Positions 35,672 to 43,444 of a stretch of 64,000 nt of DNA are shown here, piece after piece (the first letter of the stretch is position 1; every line of letters begins with the position of its first letter). A program made the translations under genes and the position numbers. This DNA is from Pseudomonadota bacterium (GTDB taxonomy: Bacteria; Desulfobacterota; Desulfobulbia; Desulfobulbales; Desulfocapsaceae), in the NCBI GenBank assembly GCA_043826415.1, contig JBDRQE010000042.1, positions 97,037 through 161,036 on the forward strand, read 5' to 3'. The notes under the pieces are model-generated. The model was given only the letters and a program-made list of their open reading frames with translations, searched no databases and was not told where the DNA came from.

Positions 35672-36424
35672 ATGTTAGAACTTTACTCAAACAACGAGCA
35701 CAAAAGTATCTTCTGCAACGATCTCTCGGTGGGCAGTATGGTTGAGGCCAACCAGCATATCATCATTCATAACGGAGAGGGAATTCTCCTTGATCCAGGT
35801 GGCCATAAAATCTATACCCGCCTGTTTGCCCAACTTTCTTCCCATCTCACCATCTCCGGCCTGAAGTACATTTTCTTCTCCCATCAGGACCCTGATATTA
35901 TTGCCGCCACCAACGGCTGGCTTATGGTAACGGATGCCAACGCCCTTCTCTCGGCTCTGTGGATGCGTTTTATCCCCCATTTTGGCGTTGACGAACTGGT
36001 CGTAGGCCGGATCAAACCCATTCCCGATGAAGGTATGGTGGTTAAGGTCGGTGGAGTAGGGCTGAAGCTGATTCCAGCCCACTTCCTTCACTCCCCTGGC
36101 AATTTCCAGCTCTACGATCCGATCTCCAAGATACTCTACACCGGTGATTTAGGAGCGTCCCTTGGCACCGATGACCCTTTTGTGAAAGATTTTGACGCCC
36201 ATATCCCGGCCATGGAAGGCTTTCACCGCCGCTATCTCCCATCATCCAAGCCATTAAAAATGTGGGCAAAGACAGTACGGCAATTAGATATCGAGATCAT
36301 TGCCCCCCAGCACGGAGCAATGATGGCCGGCAGGGAAAATGTCGATCGTTTTATCTCCTGGATCGAACACCTTGACGGTGTGGGCTATGAGTTAATGGGA
36401 GATTCATTCCCCATTCCTGAATAA
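35672..36424 (+). CDS. MBL-fold, flavodiiron-core-like protein (oxygen-binding di-iron protein, ODP-like)
   Basis: ILLDPGG, FFSHQDPDIIAA (the HxDxD position of the di-iron site), HFLHSPGNF, YTGDLGAS and APQHG follow the order of FprA N-terminal/ODP metal ligands. No flavodoxin domain is present. Confidence 0.68.
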   Translation: MLELYSNNEHKSIFCNDLSVGSMVEANQHIIIHNGEGILLDPGGHKIYTRLFAQLSSHLTISGLKYIFFSHQDPDIIAATNGWLMVTDANALLSALWMRFIPHFGVDELVVGRIKPIPDEGMVVKVGGVGLKLIPAHFLHSPGNFQLYDPISKILYTGDLGASLGTDDPFVKDFDAHIPAMEGFHRRYLPSSKPLKMWAKTVRQLDIEIIAPQHGAMMAGRENVDRFISWIEHLDGVGYELMGDSFPIPE

Positions 36425-36442
36425 CAGCGAATAATAGTGACG

Positions 36443-36452
36443 CCCCCCCCCC
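36443..36452 (+). repeat. C10 homopolymeric tract at the 5' end of the kinase gene
   Basis: There are ten consecutive C residues, counted directly. They end 2 nt before the ATG at 36455 and lie inside the alternative GTG-started frame (36437, ...TPPPH...). Confidence 0.95.
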
Positions 36453-36454
36453 AC

Positions 36455-39400
36455 ATGGACAGCCTGGGTGAATCTAAAAAACTCTTCCTTGATAGTATCA
36501 CCCTGCTCTCCAAGATCCTTGATCTGGACGAAGGAGCAAAACTGGATCATGGCCAAAGGGTAGGATTGCTGGCTCATGCCCTGTCAGCCCCACTCAACAT
36601 CACAAGCCCAGGACTATTGTATATAGCTGGTTTATTGCATGATATCGGCGGAATGGGCCTGGCAGATCATGTGCTGCACCATGCCTTGCGAAATTTTCAG
36701 GACATGGAGGCACGCAAACATGCCGAGCAGGGCGCCCTGATTCTTGCCACCTTTCATCCCTTTGCCTCGCTGTCTGCATGGGTGCGAGATCATCATGAAC
36801 GCTATGACGGTGCAGGGTTTCCGGCCGGCAAGTCAAAACAGGAGATCACTCCGGAGGCAGGAATACTCCATCTTGCCGATCTGCTGGACATCTTTGTCCG
36901 TTCCAGCACAAACCTGAGCAAAAAAAAAGTTCTGCAGTTCATTGAACAGCAATCGGGCCGGACCGTTTCTCCGGCTATTGCCGCAGCCGGTAAACGATTG
37001 TTCTCTGCAAATCAGGACAGCATGGAACTGCTGACAAGTCCCTTTCCCCTGTCACGCCCCAGCAACTCGCCGCTGCCGGATCTTCCATGTTTCTCCGATT
37101 GCAGCAACCACGATCTTCTCTGCCGGCTCCTCTGGTTTATCGCCCATGTGGCTGACAGTAAACACCCTGGACACCAGAACCATTCTATTCATGTTGCCTA
37201 TTACAGCCATCACATTGCCTGCGCCCTCACAAATCCGATCCTCCCCCCGCTGGAGACACTCTGGGCAGCCCTCCTTCATAACATTGGAATGGCAGCGGTT
37301 CCCAGAGAAGACCTGCTCATTGATTATGACATCCGGCCTGAGATTTCTCCCTTTTACCGACGGCACCCGGACATATCGGCACAACTGATTGCCGACATAT
37401 CCGGCCTCGCCCATCTGGCCCCGGTAGTGGCTGCCCAGCATGAACATTTTGATGGCACAGGTTTTCCCCATGGGCTCCAAGGCACACAGATTCCGCAAGC
37501 CGCCCAGATTATAGCTCTGGCCAATACCTATCACTGGCTGACCGGCAGACAAGGACATATGCATGCCCTTAAGGTTATCGAGCAAGGCAAAGGAAATCTT
37601 TTTGATCCACTCCTTGCCGAAACGGCGCTCAAAATCTTCTCCATTCATGGCCCGCGCGATATCAACTGGCTCGACACCCTGCCTAATGTGTATGCCTTTT
37701 TCCAGACACAGCAGAAAAAAAACATCGCTCCGGAACAGGATCAAACTCCGGCCACCATGAACATCAGGAACGAAGAGGCACAGCTTCCTCGACAATGGCA
37801 TTTCAGCAGACTTACCGATACCTTGCGGATTCTTTCCGGTGGCGCCTGTTTTTCAGCCCTGTGCGGCATCAATGACTGTTATCACCTGAATCAAGCCCTG
37901 AGCGATCAAGGTTTTCTGGAGTTGACCAGGCAACTCTCCACCCTCAAACCCGAATCAACCCTGACTCTAACCCTGCCCAGCAGAAAGAATACCGTTCTGG
38001 AACTGATTTTTACCAGACAGTTAAGCGGCTATGATCTTCTGTCACGAGGAGTCAACACAGCACCCATATTTCAGCAGACAAACTCTGTCTTTTATCAAAA
38101 TTTTATCACCAATTCAGAAGCGGAACTTCTTCTTGACATAGATGGCCGGATCAAAGAGGCCAATACCGCTTTTATGGAATGTTTCCAGATTCCCAGAGCA
38201 ATGCTGCTGCAAACGACTATTATCAAACTGTTTGAGCCATTCCTCACCCCGGCAAAATTCGTGGGCCTTCAACGCTTTTTCTCTACACCGGACATGGAGA
38301 TCTGGACAGACGAATTTCCCTTCATTAACGGTCCTGAAAAACACCTGATCATCCAGGCCACGCTCTATCGTATTGGCGGAGGCGAACAGAATAAATCAAC
38401 ATATTTATGTAGATTTATTAATATTTCTGAAAGAAAAAAATTTGAGCAAGAACTCATCCGACGCGACGATGAACTGCGGGCCAGTGTCCATAATACCGCG
38501 GGCATGACCGGGGAAAGTTTCTTTAAAACGCTGCTCTATCAGTTCATCATGCTAACCAAGGCCCGAACAGGAATGATTTCAGAACTGACGGACAATGGCA
38601 AATCCCTTCTCCCCCTGGCCTTCTGGGAAAATAACAAATTCTGGCCGCCACCGGACCAATTTCAACTGCAGACCTCACCTTGCCTACTGGTAGTGAAACG
38701 GGGGGAAACCTATTTTCCTCGCCGTCTGCATGAATTTTTCCCCACCAATTTTCTTCTGCAGGACAGAAATCTCAGCAGCTACTGGGGTCTTCCACTGCGA
38801 CAACAGGATGGGACTCTCAGCGGGATACTCTCGATCTATGATGACAAACCCATTCTCCATTCCAGGAACATGCAGACCATCGCCCGGATTTTTCAAACCA
38901 GAATAACCAGTGAACTGGCTCGACTGCAAACCGAACAAATCCTGCTGGAAAAAGACCGACAACTGGAAATCCAGAACAACGCCCTGATCCGCATGAATCA
39001 ATTCAAAAATGATATGATCGCCATTACCTCACACGACCTGAAAGCACCGCTCTCGGCCATCATCGGTTACGCGTCTCTGTTGACCGAACATTCAGCCCGA
39101 CTGGACAAAGACAAAACTCTGCACTATATCCATAGGATTCATGACGAAGGACAGAAACAACTCATATTCATCAACAAGATGCTCGATCTTTATCGAATTG
39201 AGTCCGGCTCCATAGAGTTGACGCTGGAGCCCCATCGCCTGGACATGCTGCTCGGAAGTGCCATGAGTTCTTTAAACGAACTTGCCCGCACACGGGCAAT
39301 AACCTTCAGTTTTACCATTACCGGCAAGGCGACCTCATTACCGATTGACCATGTGCGTTTCGGTCAGGTCTTTTCCAACCTGCTTTCCAATGCCATCAAA

Positions 39401-39727
39401 TTTTCTCCCGAACAAGGCCAAATTACGGTATGCTATGACCAGAATCCGCACAATGTGACTGTTCATATCCGCGACCAGGGCCCCGGCATCAACGAAAAGG
39501 AGATAGACCATATCTTTGATCGGTATTATATGGGCAGAACTGATTTTAAAATTCGCCCGGAGGGTTCCGGTTTGGGACTGTATATTGTTAAAAATATAGT
39601 CCAACTCCATGGTGGTACAGTTTCCGCCCGCAACAACAGTACCGGAGGCAGTTGCTTTACCGTAGAGCTGCCTGTCACCAATCAACAGGATACAAATCAT
39701 GAAACAGCAGAATATTCTTATCATTGA
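36455..39727 (+). CDS. Multidomain sensor: HD-GYP, degenerate HD-GYP, PAS, GAF, HisKA and HATPase_c histidine kinase
   Basis: Domain 1 has LLHDIGGMG and HHERYDGAGFPAG. Domain 2 has LLHNIGMAAV and QHEHFDGTGFPHG. The HisKA motif is ITSHDLKAPLSAI and the ATPase has GSGLGLYIVKNIVQLHGG. The start is ambiguous (ATG 36455 or GTG 36437). Confidence 0.85.
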   Translation: MDSLGESKKLFLDSITLLSKILDLDEGAKLDHGQRVGLLAHALSAPLNITSPGLLYIAGLLHDIGGMGLADHVLHHALRNFQDMEARKHAEQGALILATFHPFASLSAWVRDHHERYDGAGFPAGKSKQEITPEAGILHLADLLDIFVRSSTNLSKKKVLQFIEQQSGRTVSPAIAAAGKRLFSANQDSMELLTSPFPLSRPSNSPLPDLPCFSDCSNHDLLCRLLWFIAHVADSKHPGHQNHSIHVAYYSHHIACALTNPILPPLETLWAALLHNIGMAAVPREDLLIDYDIRPEISPFYRRHPDISAQLIADISGLAHLAPVVAAQHEHFDGTGFPHGLQGTQIPQAAQIIALANTYHWLTGRQGHMHALKVIEQGKGNLFDPLLAETALKIFSIHGPRDINWLDTLPNVYAFFQTQQKKNIAPEQDQTPATMNIRNEEAQLPRQWHFSRLTDTLRILSGGACFSALCGINDCYHLNQALSDQGFLELTRQLSTLKPESTLTLTLPSRKNTVLELIFTRQLSGYDLLSRGVNTAPIFQQTNSVFYQNFITNSEAELLLDIDGRIKEANTAFMECFQIPRAMLLQTTIIKLFEPFLTPAKFVGLQRFFSTPDMEIWTDEFPFINGPEKHLIIQATLYRIGGGEQNKSTYLCRFINISERKKFEQELIRRDDELRASVHNTAGMTGESFFKTLLYQFIMLTKARTGMISELTDNGKSLLPLAFWENNKFWPPPDQFQLQTSPCLLVVKRGETYFPRRLHEFFPTNFLLQDRNLSSYWGLPLRQQDGTLSGILSIYDDKPILHSRNMQTIARIFQTRITSELARLQTEQILLEKDRQLEIQNNALIRMNQFKNDMIAITSHDLKAPLSAIIGYASLLTEHSARLDKDKTLHYIHRIHDEGQKQLIFINKMLDLYRIESGSIELTLEPHRLDMLLGSAMSSLNELARTRAITFSFTITGKATSLPIDHVRFGQVFSNLLSNAIKFSPEQGQITVCYDQNPHNVTVHIRDQGPGINEKEIDHIFDRYYMGRTDFKIRPEGSGLGLYIVKNIVQLHGGTVSARNNSTGGSCFTVELPVTNQQDTNHETAEYSYH

Positions 39728-40661
39728 TGATGACCCAGCCCAGCAGGAAATTCTAGGAGAACACCTGCTGCTGAGCGGATTTCAGCCTCTCCATGCCCTG
39801 GGCTGTAACAGCGCCTTTGATGTTTTACAAACTACTCCCGTTGACCTGATCCTCCTTGACATCAACATGCCTCAGGTTGATGGTTTTCAAACCATCGAAC
39901 GTCTGCGCCGGAATGAAAAAACCCAAAGCACCCCTGTCCTGTTCCTTACAAGTCTTGATCGTCAATACTTGAAGATCAAAGGACTGGAGCTTGGCGCAGA
40001 TGATTATATCACAAAACCCTACAACAGCGCCGAGCTGATAGCCCGCATCAAGGCGATCCTGAGAAGATCCGCGCCTGTTCCTCTCCCGCCGGGCGTCATT
40101 CAGGGTGATATTACCGCCATCGGATTATCCGAACTGTTGCAGAATATCGGGCAAAGTGCGCGTTCAGCCCGTATTAGCTTTCCGGACATGAACGGTACAA
40201 TTATTACAGCCAACGGCAATATCCTGCTGATTCGTCAAGGCACGTTTTCAGGCCTGGAAGCACTGACCCGCCTCCTGCTTCTGGAAAAAGGCCAATTCTC
40301 TGTGCAGTATGATCACCTTCCGAATCAGCTGCCGGATCCGGAAATCACTATTTTTGCAGCACTGCTGAACACCGCCGCCCAAGTTGACCATCTCAAAATG
40401 GCGGCGGAAAGCACTGGTCAACAAAATCCGGTGCTCACTCTTAGCCCACAGGGAAGCGGGATTCTGGAGATTGATCTCTGGAGATCTTATTTTCCTCTGC
40501 CCCTGTTTTCCCTCATCAGCATAATGGATGACGCCATTGAAGATAATATGAACAAGGTCCTGAAAGCGATCATTGAAGACAGACTTCACTGTCTGCCGGC
40601 GGATGCGGAAGCTCTTTCAACAGAGAGTAACGACTCTTCACCCGGCCAGTCCACAATTTAA
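39699..40661 (+). CDS. Response regulator receiver with C-terminal DUF4388 (PATAN-like) domain
   Basis: The REC domain has ILIIDDD...DLILLDINMPQVDG...KP. The DUF4388 pattern is GDITAIGLSELLQNIGQSARSARISF...GNILLIRQGTFSGLEALTRLLLLEKGQFSV. The gene overlaps the kinase by 29 nt. Confidence 0.8.
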   Translation: MKQQNILIIDDDPAQQEILGEHLLLSGFQPLHALGCNSAFDVLQTTPVDLILLDINMPQVDGFQTIERLRRNEKTQSTPVLFLTSLDRQYLKIKGLELGADDYITKPYNSAELIARIKAILRRSAPVPLPPGVIQGDITAIGLSELLQNIGQSARSARISFPDMNGTIITANGNILLIRQGTFSGLEALTRLLLLEKGQFSVQYDHLPNQLPDPEITIFAALLNTAAQVDHLKMAAESTGQQNPVLTLSPQGSGILEIDLWRSYFPLPLFSLISIMDDAIEDNMNKVLKAIIEDRLHCLPADAEALSTESNDSSPGQSTI

Positions 40662-40676
40662 CCCCCAAAACAAAAA

Positions 40677-41450
40677 ATGAGCAAAATCATAGCAATAACC
40701 AGCCAGAGAGGCGGGGTCGGCAAGACAAGCACCTGCTTGAATCTGGGAGTAAGCCTGGCCAAGACAGGTAAAAAAGTTCTACTGATAGATACAGACCCGC
40801 AGGGAGCGCTGGCCATCGCCTGCAATCTGACCAGAATCACAAAAAAAGGGCTGACGCAGTTGCTCCGTGGCGAGGTCACGGAAGATGACATCGTCATTCA
40901 AGCAGGTAAACGTTCCCTCTTTTTCGTCGGTGCAGGGGTGGAAACCCCGCAAGACGTTTTTTTTCTGAAACAGGAATGCAGCAACGGCCATCTGGGAATG
41001 GCCATCAGAGGACTGGCAACCGGATATGATTACATCCTGCTTGATACCCGCACTGGACTGGACAATGCGCTGCTGCAATTACTGGTGCACGCAGATTCCA
41101 TTCTTCTGCCATGCCCCTGCCAAGTCAGCGCCATAAAGACCCTGCCGCTGCTGCTTAAAGGGATCCAAAAAATTCAGAGTGAACAGAACCCAAGGCTTAC
41201 CATTGAAGGTATTCTCCTCACCCTGACCGAAGACAAAGATCCCTGCGCCCTCGAGATCAGACAGGAGATAGAGAGAGCCTTCCCGGCCGGAATCTTCTTC
41301 ACAGCCACCATCCCTTTCCTCCGCTCATTTGAACAAGCCGCCCTGCATGCAGTGCCTGTTGCCCTGTTGAAAAATGCACCTGCCGCCAGTCAGGCCTTCG
41401 ATGCCCTGGCTGAAGAACTTGATGCCCGAACAGATTCCAGAGAGGAATAA
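40677..41450 (+). CDS. ParA/MinD-family P-loop ATPase with atypical deviant Walker A (RGGVGKTS)
   Basis: KIIAITSQRGGVGKTSTCLNLGVSLA...VLLIDTDPQG...YILLDT is Soj/ParA-like. The signature Lys of KGGxGK[ST] is replaced by Arg. Confidence 0.82.
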   Translation: MSKIIAITSQRGGVGKTSTCLNLGVSLAKTGKKVLLIDTDPQGALAIACNLTRITKKGLTQLLRGEVTEDDIVIQAGKRSLFFVGAGVETPQDVFFLKQECSNGHLGMAIRGLATGYDYILLDTRTGLDNALLQLLVHADSILLPCPCQVSAIKTLPLLLKGIQKIQSEQNPRLTIEGILLTLTEDKDPCALEIRQEIERAFPAGIFFTATIPFLRSFEQAALHAVPVALLKNAPAASQAFDALAEELDARTDSREE

Positions 41451-41456
41451 ACTCCG

Positions 41457-41978
41457 ATGAATAGATTAACAAATTCCAGCGAACTCGAAGAAGCATCTTC
41501 CCTTTTCTGCGCCCTCCTTGATCCTGTCATCTCTGCTGCCGATTCTGCAGACACACTCTCCACCGAGGCTCCTGACGCATCCGAGCCGTCTACAGATCTG
41601 CCGCTCCCCTTCCGCGGAGACCAACTGGAAAAGATTCTTTACGGTATGTGCAAACGAGGAGGATTTTCCAGTGCCGTCGTGGCAGACCGGCAAGGACTGG
41701 CGCTGGGGGTCTATAACAGCCCTGTTGATATGGAAGTTCTGGCTGCCTTCACTACGGTCCTTGGAGAAACCATCAATAAGGCCGGTCGTTTTCTCGATCA
41801 ACACGAAGCCAACAACATCTCTCTTGACATCAACTATGCCGACAAAGCAGTGGTCCGACAATTTTTCCTTGCCGAAAGCCCTTGTTATATTATGGTTATT
41901 TGTCCACAATATGTTGATGAACGCAGCGAGATCGAGCTTTCTCTTGATCAGATCATCACCCTTTTACAGAAGAGATAA
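41457..41978 (+). CDS. Roadblock/LC7-like protein with acidic N-terminal extension
   Basis: GFSSAVVADRQGLALGVYNSP.DMEVLAAFTTVLGETINKAGRFL...AVVRQFFLAESPCYIMVIC follows the Roadblock pattern. The gene starts 6 nt after the ParA-like stop. Confidence 0.55.
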   Translation: MNRLTNSSELEEASSLFCALLDPVISAADSADTLSTEAPDASEPSTDLPLPFRGDQLEKILYGMCKRGGFSSAVVADRQGLALGVYNSPVDMEVLAAFTTVLGETINKAGRFLDQHEANNISLDINYADKAVVRQFFLAESPCYIMVICPQYVDERSEIELSLDQIITLLQKR

Positions 41979-42040
41979 GCCCGCTTTTTACCCGTAACGA
42001 TCCGGCAATTCCAACCACCACAACCCATGGAGAGTAATAA

Positions 42041-42451
42041 ATGAGCTTACTTAAAGAATTCAAAGAGTTCGCCGTCAAAGGAAACGTCATCGACATGGCC
42101 GTTGGTATCATTATCGGGGCAGCCTTTGGCAAGGTCGTCTCTTCCATGGTAAGTGATATACTTATGCCGCCGATTGGTCTGCTCATTGGCGGCATAGACT
42201 TCAGCAAACTCGCTATCACTCTGCAGGCGGCATCCGAGGGCACGGAAGTGGTCGTTATTTCCTATGGCAAGTTTATCCAGACAGCCGTTGATTTTACCAT
42301 CATCGCCTTTGCCATCTTCATGATGATCAAGGCAATAAACTCCCTGAAACGCCAGGAAGCAGCCAAAGTGGAATCTCCACCCGAACCGGCGGCACCCACC
42401 AGGGAAGAACTGCTGCTCACCGAGATCCGCGACCTGCTGAAGACAAAATAA
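42041..42451 (+). CDS. mscL: Large-conductance mechanosensitive channel
   Basis: [55 protein letters not shown] is canonical MscL. Confidence 0.95.
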   Translation: MSLLKEFKEFAVKGNVIDMAVGIIIGAAFGKVVSSMVSDILMPPIGLLIGGIDFSKLAITLQAASEGTEVVVISYGKFIQTAVDFTIIAFAIFMMIKAINSLKRQEAAKVESPPEPAAPTREELLLTEIRDLLKTK

Positions 42452-42459
42452 GCTCCAGG

Positions 42460-42495
42460 GCATGAACATATGTGGTTCATGCATGGGAACCACAT
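42460..42495 (+). other. Two mutually exclusive hairpins downstream of mscL
   Basis: Hairpin A pairs GCATGAAC (42460-67) with GTTCATGC (42475-82). Hairpin B pairs ATGTGGTTC (42470-78) with GAACCACAT (42487-95). They share nt 42470-42482. Confidence 0.4.
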
Positions 42496-42516
42496 AGGAA
42501 TAGATAACAACAGATA

Positions 42517-43314
42517 ATGACAGCCGATATCTTTGACACTCACAAGGAACCGGATGAGGTTTTCCTGCCGCTGAGCAATGAACGATACTGTCAGTTTTAC
42601 GATATGGAAATGGCAGATTTTCATGCCGATCTGCCATTTTACCTGGAGAGAATAAAGAGTTCCGGCACCGTCCTCGAGCTTGGCTGCGGAACCGGACGCC
42701 TGTGCCGGCAACTGGCGGCAACCGGGGCTGACATCACCGCCATCGACCTTTCCCTGCCCATGCTGCAGAGGGCCAAGCTCAAGGCCATGCCAACAAACAT
42801 AGCCTATGCCTGCATGGATATGACTGAACTGGCTCTATCCCGCCAATTCGACACCGTCATCATCCCCTATCATACCCTGAATCTCCTTGTCACCCCAGAT
42901 AAGATAAAAAAATGTCTGCAGCAGCTCAGGACTGTTCTCAAGAAGGAGGGCAGTCTGCTCCTGCAACTCTTTATCCCTGACCGGACGACCCGGGACCTGG
43001 GCAGCAAAAAGCTCTTTCAATTCCAGATCTTTGATCAACCGGGAGACGGCAAGGTCATCAAAGAGACCCTTCGCCATTACTCCCATGAACAACTCACTCT
43101 CGAAGAGCGCTATCGGGTCCGTCTCCGGCAACCGGGACCGGCCAATGAAGACCTGAGTCACACTCTGCACCTTGCAGCTTTCCCGGCGGAAAGATGGCAG
43201 GCACTGCTGCACGACTCAGGATTCACCATCCACCAGCAGTTCAGCGGCTATGAACTTATGCCCTTTACGCCTGGGGACAACACCTGCCTGTTCATCGAGG
43301 CCTATCGATTCTAA
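42517..43314 (+). CDS. Class I SAM-dependent methyltransferase
   Basis: Motif I is VLELGCGTGRL. AIDLS..ML and the post-I/II motifs follow. Length is 265 aa. Confidence 0.8.
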   Translation: MTADIFDTHKEPDEVFLPLSNERYCQFYDMEMADFHADLPFYLERIKSSGTVLELGCGTGRLCRQLAATGADITAIDLSLPMLQRAKLKAMPTNIAYACMDMTELALSRQFDTVIIPYHTLNLLVTPDKIKKCLQQLRTVLKKEGSLLLQLFIPDRTTRDLGSKKLFQFQIFDQPGDGKVIKETLRHYSHEQLTLEERYRVRLRQPGPANEDLSHTLHLAAFPAERWQALLHDSGFTIHQQFSGYELMPFTPGDNTCLFIEAYRF

Positions 43315-43444
43315 AAGGCTCTGAATTTCAGTTCTCGTGATTCCACATGGACATCTGTTCCCCAGCTTGTTATTGTATAGAAAATTGAGTTCTTCCTTGA
43401 AACTGCGCTCTCTTTTCATCACTTCACATTTTCTCCGGCTGCCC

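Noticed and set aside
37052-37801. 249-aa minus-strand ORF.
   Set aside because: It lies inside and antisense to the HD-GYP region of the kinase and has no independent signals.
42047-42721. 224-aa minus-strand ORF.
   Set aside because: It is antisense to mscL and to the methyltransferase 5' end, and it spans an intergenic region with hairpins.
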